Assembly (NCBI GenBank): GCA_964016885.1
Contig: OZ024740.1
Coordinates: 32,860,001 to 32,924,000 of the forward strand
Length of the DNA: 64,000 bases
Reading direction: 5' to 3'
Source of the DNA: Eledone cirrhosa
Taxonomy: Eukaryota
Below the pieces are notes generated by a model. The model saw only the letters and a program-made list of their open reading frames with translations. It was not told the origin of the DNA and did not search any database. Of this stretch, positions 57,301 through 64,000 are shown piece by piece (positions within the stretch are counted from its first letter, which is position 1; each line of letters opens with the position of its first letter). The position numbers and the translations under genes are program-made.

Positions 57301-59255
57301 GGGACAGTATGTAACAGGTGAGAGACACCGTATGTAACAGGTGACAGACACAGTATGTAACAGGTGAGAGAGACAGTATGTAACAGGTGAGAGGGACAGT
57401 ATGTAACAGGTGAGAGGGACAGTATGTAACAGGTGAGAGAGACAGTAGATAACAGGTGAGAGGGACAGTATGTAACAGGTGAGAGAGACAGTATGTAACA
57501 GGTGAGAGAGACAATATGTAACAGGTGAGAGGGACAGTATGTAACAGGTGAGAGGGACAGTATGTAACAGGTGAGAGAGACAGTATGTAACAGGTGAGAG
57601 GGACAGTATGTAACATGTGAGAGAAGTATGTAACAGGTGAGAGACAGTATGTAACAGGTGAGAGACAGTATGTAACAGGTGAGAGACAGTATGTAACATG
57701 TGAGAGACAGTATGTAACATGTGAGACAGTATGTAACAGGTGAGAGAGACAGTATGTAACAGGTGAGAGAGACAGTATGCAACAGGTGAGAGAGACAGTA
57801 TGTAACAGGTGAGAGAGACAGTATGTAACAGGTGAGAGACAGTATGTAAAAGGTGAGAGACAGTATGTAACAGGTGAGAGAGACAATATGTAACAGGTAA
57901 GAGACAGTATGTAACAGGTGAGAGAGACAATATGTAACAGGTGAGAGAGACAGTATGTAACAAGTGAGAGACACAGTATGTAACATGTGATAGAGACAGT
58001 ATGTAACAAGTGAGAGAGACAGTATGTAACAAGTGAGAGACACAGTATGTAACATGTGAGAGAGACAGTATGTAACAGGTGAGATAGACAATATGTAACA
58101 GGTGAGAGAGACAGTGTGTAACAAGTGAGAGACACAGTATGTAACAGGTGATAGAGACAGTATGTAACAAGTGAGAGAGACAGTATGTAACAAGTGAGAG
58201 ACACAGTATGTAACATGTGAGAGAGACAGTATGTAACAGGTGAGAGAGACAATATGTAACAGGTGAGAGAGACAGTATGTAACAGGTGATAGAGACAGTA
58301 TGTAACAAGTGAGAGAGACAGTATGTAACAGGTGAGAGAGACAATATGTAACAGGTGAGAGAGACAGTATGTAACAAGTGATAGACACAGTATGTAACAG
58401 GTGATAGAGACAGTATGTAACAGGTGAGAGAGACAGTATGTAACAAGTGAGAGACACAGTATGTAACATGTGAGAGAGACAGTATGTAACAAGTGAGAGA
58501 CACAATATGTAACAGGTGAGAGAGACAGTATGTAACAGGTGATAGAGACAGTATGTATCAGGTGAGAGAGACAGTATGTAACAGGTGAGAGAGACAATAT
58601 GTAACAGGTGAGAGACAGTATGTAACAGGTGAGAGAGACAATATGTAACAGGTGAGAGAGACAGTATGTAACAAGTGAGAGACAGTATGTAACAGGTGAT
58701 AGAGACAGTATGTAACAAGTGAGAGAGACAGTATGTAACAAGTGAGAGACACAGTATGTAACATGTGAGAGAGACAGTATGTAACATGTGAGAGAGACAG
58801 TATGTAACAGGTGAGAGAGACAATATGTAACAGGTGAGAGAGACAGTATGTAACAAGTGAGAGACACAGTATGTAACAGGTGATAGAGACAGTATGTAAC
58901 AAGTGAGAGAGACAGTATGTAACAAGTGAGAGACACAGTATGTAACGTCTGAGAGAGACAGTATGTAACATGTGAGAGACAGTATGTAACATGTGAGACA
59001 GTATGTAACAGGTGAGAGAGACAGTATGTAACAGGTGAGAGAGACAGTATGTAACAGGTGAGAGAGACAGTATGTAACAGGTGAGAGAGACAGTATGTAA
59101 CAGGTGAGAGAGTCAGTATGTAACAGGTGAGAGAGACAGTATGTAACAGGTGAGAGAGACAGAATCTAATAGGTGAGAGAGACAGAATCTAACAGGTGAG
59201 AGAGACAGAATCTAACAGGTGAGAGGGACAGTATGTAACAGGTGAGAGAGACAGT
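51335..59255 (+). repeat. Long-range copy of about 5030-12430 (offset about 46.3 kb, then 46.8 kb)
   Basis: Rare markers: GAGCGAG C at 6438/52740 and 9549/56374; TGTATCAGG T at 11735/58558; AACGTCTG at 12121/58944. The right copy has about 0.52 kb of extra sequence near 53.3-54.4 kb. Confidence 0.92.
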
Positions 59256-60400
59256 GTGTAACAAGTGAGAGACACAGTATGTAACAGGTGATAGAGACAG
59301 TATGTAACATGTGAGAGAGACAGTACGTAACATGTGAGGGACAGTATGTAACAGGTGAGAGGGACAGTATGTAACATGTGAGAGAGTCAGTATGTAACAG
59401 GTGAGAGAGACAGTATGTAACAGGTGAGAGGGACAGTATGTAACAGGTGAGAGGGACAGTATGTAACAGGTGAGAGAGTCAGTATGTAACAGGTGAGAGG
59501 GACAGTAACAGGTGAGAGGGACAGTATGTAACAGGTGAGAAGAAGAGTATGTAACAGGTGAGAGGGACAGTATGTAACAGGAGAGGGACAGTATGTAACA
59601 GGTGAGAGAGTCAGTATGTAACAGGTGAGAGAGTCAGTATGTAACATGTGAGAGAGACAGTATGTAACAAGTGAGAGGGACAGTATGTAACAGGTGAGAG
59701 GGACAGTATGTAACATATGAGAGACAGTATGTAACAGGTGAGAGAGACAGTATGTAACAGGTGAGAGAGACAGTATGTAACAGGTGAGAGAGACAGTATG
59801 TAACAGGTGAGAGAGACAGTATGTAACAGGTGAGAGACAGTATGTAACAGGTGAGAGATAGTATGTAACAGGTGAGAGAGACAATATGTAACAGGTGAGA
59901 GAGACAATATGTAACAGGTGAGAGAGACAGTATGTAACAAGTGAGAGACACAGTATGTAACAGGTGAGAGAGACAGTATGTAACAAGTGAGAGAGACAGT
60001 ATGTAACAAGTGAGAGACACAGTATGTAACATGTGAGAGAAACAGTATGTAACACGTGAGAGACACAATATGTAACAGGTGAGAGAGACAGTATGTAACA
60101 GGTGATAGAGACAGTATGTAACAAGTGAGAGAGACAGTATGTAACAGGTGAGAGAGACAATATGTAACTGGTGAGAGAGACAGTATGTAACAAGTGATAG
60201 ACACAGTATGTAACAGGTGATAGAGACAGTATGTAACAGGTGAGAGAGACAGTATGTAACAAGTGAGAGACACAGTATGTAACATGTGAGAGAGACAGTA
60301 TGTAACAAGTGAGAGACACAATATGTAACAGGTGAGAGAGACAGTATGTAACAGGTGATAGAGACAGTATGTAACAAGTGAGAGAGACAGTATGTAACAG
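59235..60400 (+). repeat. Long-range copy of about 15490-16630 (offset about 43.75 kb)
   Basis: GTGAGAAGAAGAG at 15791/59535; CATATG, CACGTG (16286/60053) and AACTGG markers are shared. Confidence 0.88.
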
Positions 60401-61089
60401 GTGAGAGAGACAATATGTAACAGGTGAGAGAGACAGTATGTAACAAGTGATAGAGACAGTATGTAACAGGTGATAGAGACAGTATGTAACAGGTGAGAGA
60501 GACAGTATGTAACAGGTGAGAGAGACAATATGTAACAGGTGAGAGACAGTATGTAACAGGTGAGAGAGACAATATGTAACAGGTGAGAGAGACAGTATGT
60601 AACAAGTGAGAGACAGTATGTAACAGGTGATAGAGACAGTATGTAACAAGTGAGAGAGACAGTATGTAACTAGTGAGAGACACAGTATGTAACATGTGAG
60701 AGAGACAGTATGTAACATGTGAGAGAGACAGTATGTAACAGGTGAGAGAGACAATATGTAACAGGTGAGAGAGACAGTATGTAACAAGCGAGAGACACAG
60801 TATGTAACAGGTGATAGAGACAGTATGTAACAAGTGAGAGAGACAGTATGTAACAAGTGAGAGACACAGTATGTAACATCTGAGAGAGACAGTATGTAAC
60901 ATATGTGAGAGACAGTATGTAACATGTGAGACAGTATGTAACAGGTGAGAGAGACAGTATGTAACAGGTGAGAGAGACAGTATGTAACAGGTGAGAGAGA
61001 CAGTATGTAACAGGTGAGAGAGACAGTATGTAACAGGTGAGAGAGTCAGTATGTAACAGGTGAGAGAGACAGTATGTAACAGGTGAGAG

Positions 61090-64000
61090 AGACAGAATCT
61101 AATAGGTGAGAGAGACAGAATCTAATAGGTGAGAGAGACAGAATCTAACAGGTGAGAGAGACAGAATCTAACAGGTGAGAGGGACAGTATGTAACAGGTG
61201 AGAGAGACAGTATGTAACAGGTGAGATAGACAGTATGTAACAGATGAGAGAGACACTATGTAACAGGGAGAGAGACAGTATGTAACAGGTAAGGACAGTA
61301 TGTAACAGGTGAGAGGGACAGTATGTAACAGGTGAGAGGGACAGTATGTAACAGGTGAGAGACACCGTATGTAACAGGTGACAGACACAGTATATAACAG
61401 GTGAGAGAGACAGTATGTAACAGGTGAGAGGGACAGTATGTAACAGGTGAGAGACACAGTATGTAACAGGTGAGGACAGTATGTAACAGGTGAGAGAGAC
61501 AGTAGGTAACAAGTGAGAGGGACAGTATGTAACAGGTGAGAGAGACAGTATGTAACAGGTGAGAGAGACAGTATGTAACAGGTGAGAGAGACAGTATGTA
61601 ACAGGTGAGAGGGACAGTATGTAACAGGTGAGAGGGACAGTATGTAACAGGTGAGAGAGACAGTATGTAACAGGTGAGAGAGTCAGTATGTAACAGGTGA
61701 GAGTCAGTATGTAACAGGTGAGAGTCAGTATGTAACAGGTGAGAGGGACAATAACAGGTGAGAGAGTCAGTATGTAACAGGTGAGAGAGACAGTATGTAA
61801 CAGGTGAGAGGGACAGTATGTAAAAGGTGAGAGAGACAGTATGTAACAGGTGAGAGAGTCAGTATGTAACAGGTGAGAGGGACAGTATGTAACAGGTGAG
61901 AGGGACAGTATGTAACAGGTGAGAGGGACAGTATGTAACAGGTGAGAGAGACAGTATGTAACAAGTGAGAGAGACAGTATGTAACAGGTGATAGAGACAG
62001 TATGTAACAAGTGAGAGAGACAGTATGTAACAGGTGAGAGACAATATGTAACAGGTGAGAGAGACAGTATGTAACAAGTGAGAGACAGAGTATGTAACAG
62101 GTGATAGAGACAGTATGTAACAAGTGAGAGAGACAGTATATAACAAGTGAGAGACGCAGTATGTAACATGTGAGAGAGACAGTATGTAACAGGTGAGAGA
62201 GACAATATGTAACAGGTGAGAGAGACAGTATGTAACAAGTGATAGACACAGTATGTAACAGGTGATAGAGACAGTATGTAACAAGTGAGAGAGACAGTAT
62301 GTAACAAGTGAGAGACACAGTATGTAACATGTGAGAGAGACAGTATGTAACAGGTGAGAGAGACAGTATGTAACAGGTGAGAGAGACAGTATGTAACAGG
62401 TGAGAGAGACAGTATGTAACAGGTGAGAGAGACAGTATGTAACAGGTGAGAGAGACAATATGTAACAGGTGAGAGACAGTATGTAACAGGTGAGAGAGAC
62501 AATATGTAACAGGTGAGAGAGACAGTATGTAACAAGTGAGAGACACAGTATGTAACAGGTGATAGAGACAGTATGTAACAAGTGAGAGAGACAGTATGTA
62601 ACAAGTGAGAGACACAGTATGTAACATGTGAGAGAGACAGTATGTAACAGGTGAGAGAGACAATATGTAACAGGTGAGAGAGACAGTATGTAACAAGTGA
62701 GAGACACAGTATGTAACAGGTGATAGAGACAGTATGTAACAAGTGAGAGAGACAGTATGTAACAAGTGAGAGACACAGTATGTAACATGTGAGAGAGACA
62801 GTATGTAACAGGTGAGAGGGACAGTATGTAACATGTGAGAGACAGTATGTAACAGGTGAGAGAGACAGTATGTAACATGTGAGAGACAGTATGTAACATG
62901 TGAGACAGTATGTAACAGGTGAGAGAGACAGTATGTAACAGGTGAGAGAGACAGTATGTAACAGGTGAGAGAGACAGTATGTAACAAGTGAGAGAGACAA
63001 TATGTAACAGGTGAGAGAGTCAGTATGTAACAGGTGAGAGAGTCAGTATGTAACAGGTGAGAGAGACAGTATGTAACAGGTGAGAGAGACAGTATGTAAC
63101 AGGTGAGAGAGACAGAATCTAACAGGTGAGAGAGACAGAATCTAACAGGTGAGAGAGACAGAATCTAACAGGTGAGAGGGACAGTATGTAACAGGTGAGA
63201 GGGACAGTATGTAACAGGTGAGAGAGACAGTATGTAACAGGTGAGATAGACAGTATGTAACAGATGAGAGAGACACTATGTAACAGGAAGAGAGACAGTA
63301 TGTAACAGGTGAGAGGGACAGTATGTAACAGGTGAGAGACACCGTATGTAACAGGTGACAGACACAGTATGTAACAGGTGAGAGAGACAGTATGTAACAG
63401 GTGAGAGGGACAGTATGTAACAGGTGAGAGGGACAGTATGTAACAGGTGAGAGACACAGTATGTAACAGGTGAGGACAGTATGTAACAGGTGAGAGAGAC
63501 AGTAGATAACAGGTGAGAGGGACAGTATGTAACAGGTGAGAGAGACAGTATGTAACAGGTGAGAGAGACAATATGTAACAGGTGAGAGGGACAGTATGTA
63601 ACAGGTGAGAGGGACAGTATGTAACAGGTGAGAGGGACAGTATGTAACATGTGAGAGAAGTATGTAACAGGTGAGAGACAGTATGTAACAGGTGAGAGAC
63701 AGTATGTAACATGTGAGACAGTATGTAACAGGTGAGAGAGACAGTATGTAACAGGTGAGAGAGACAGTATGCAACAGGTGAGAGAGACAGTATGTAACAG
63801 GTGAGAGAGACAGTATGTAACAGGTGAGAGACAGTATGTAACAGGTGAGAGACAGTATGTAACAGGTGAGAGAGACAATATGTAACAGGTAAGAGACAGT
63901 ATGTAACAGGTGAGAGACACAGTATGTAACATGTGATAGAGACAGTATGTAACAAGTGAGAGAGACAGTATGTAACAAGTGAGAGACACAGTATGTAACA
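61090..64000 (+). repeat. Long-range copy of about 12330-15450 (offset about 48.8 kb)
   Basis: GACAATAACAG at 12971/61747. ORF-track boundaries 12681/61457, 14224/63000 and 14343/63119 are all shifted by 48776. Confidence 0.88.

Larger units (their letters stand above)
1..64000 (+). repeat. Tandem satellite array, 23-bp consensus CAGTATGTAACAGGTGAGAGAGA with 19-22-bp variants; about 2,800 monomers, all in one orientation, extending past both window edges
   Basis: The monomer is read directly on every line. Common variants: GAGAGGGA tail, GA-deleted 21-mer and 19-mer, GAGGA 20-mer, CATGTG/CAAGTG/CAGATG cores, CAATATG, GTCAG, GACACAG, GATAG, GAATCTAAC. Monomer count is estimated as length divided by about 22.6 bp. 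Confidence 0.99.

Noticed and set aside
2129-63989. All minus-strand ORFs in the track as real CDS, including the 884-aa and 774-aa ORFs
   Set aside because: They overlap in all three frames and encode the same cyclic peptide. The 23-bp period is not a multiple of 3, frameshifting 2-bp indels are ubiquitous, and no domain is recognisable.
1-64000. CRISPR array
   Set aside because: Repeats are contiguous with no unique spacers, and there is no leader or cas gene.
1-64000. Long-unit telomerase-made telomeric repeat, as in yeasts with 23-25-bp units
   Set aside because: The array is far longer than such telomeres. It carries inherited variants copied in kb-scale blocks, which indicates recombinational amplification rather than templated addition, and no chromosome end is visible.
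1-64000. Cys/His-rich zinc-finger or metal-binding repeat protein
   Set aside because: Cys and His arise from TGT, CAC and CAT in the reverse-complement monomer. There is no C2H2 spacing or linker and no frame conservation.
1-64000. Monomer variants as a deliberate information-storing code, or a diversity-generating cassette array
   Set aside because: Variant order is explained by nested duplication. No recombinase, reverse transcriptase, expression site or recombination signals are present in the window.
1-64000. Transposon insertions, inversions, hairpins or G-quadruplex tracts
   Set aside because: No reverse-complement monomers or foreign sequence were seen. G-runs are at most GGG and about 23 bp apart, too sparse for canonical G4.

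Overview
The whole 64-kb window is one uninterrupted, head-to-tail tandem satellite array of roughly 2,800 monomers. The consensus is the 23-bp unit CAGTATGTAACAGGTGAGAGAGA (17/23 purines on the + strand, no CpG). I see no unique sequence, real gene, RNA gene, transposon, inversion or CRISPR spacer. The minus-strand 'ORFs' are artefacts, because the reverse-complement monomer TCTCTCTCACCTGTTACATACTG has no stop codon in any frame. What can be read is the array's internal history. Diagnostic monomer variants show nested higher-order structure at 113 bp, 161 bp, 180 bp, 477 bp, about 2 kb, 2.63 kb and 3.3 kb. There is also a near-perfect 10.2-kb tandem duplication, and a roughly 44-49-kb-offset patchwork re-copy of the left part of the window at its right end. 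Two features of the monomer merit testing: it carries an E-box (CANNTG) whose central two bases are the main variable positions, and it packs spliceosomal-signal-like motifs (TAACAG|GTGAG, GTATGT). Any function for either is speculation. The architecture is typical of eukaryotic heterochromatic satellite DNA, but the organism and locus cannot be determined from this sequence. I cannot support a new gene-encoded system here.
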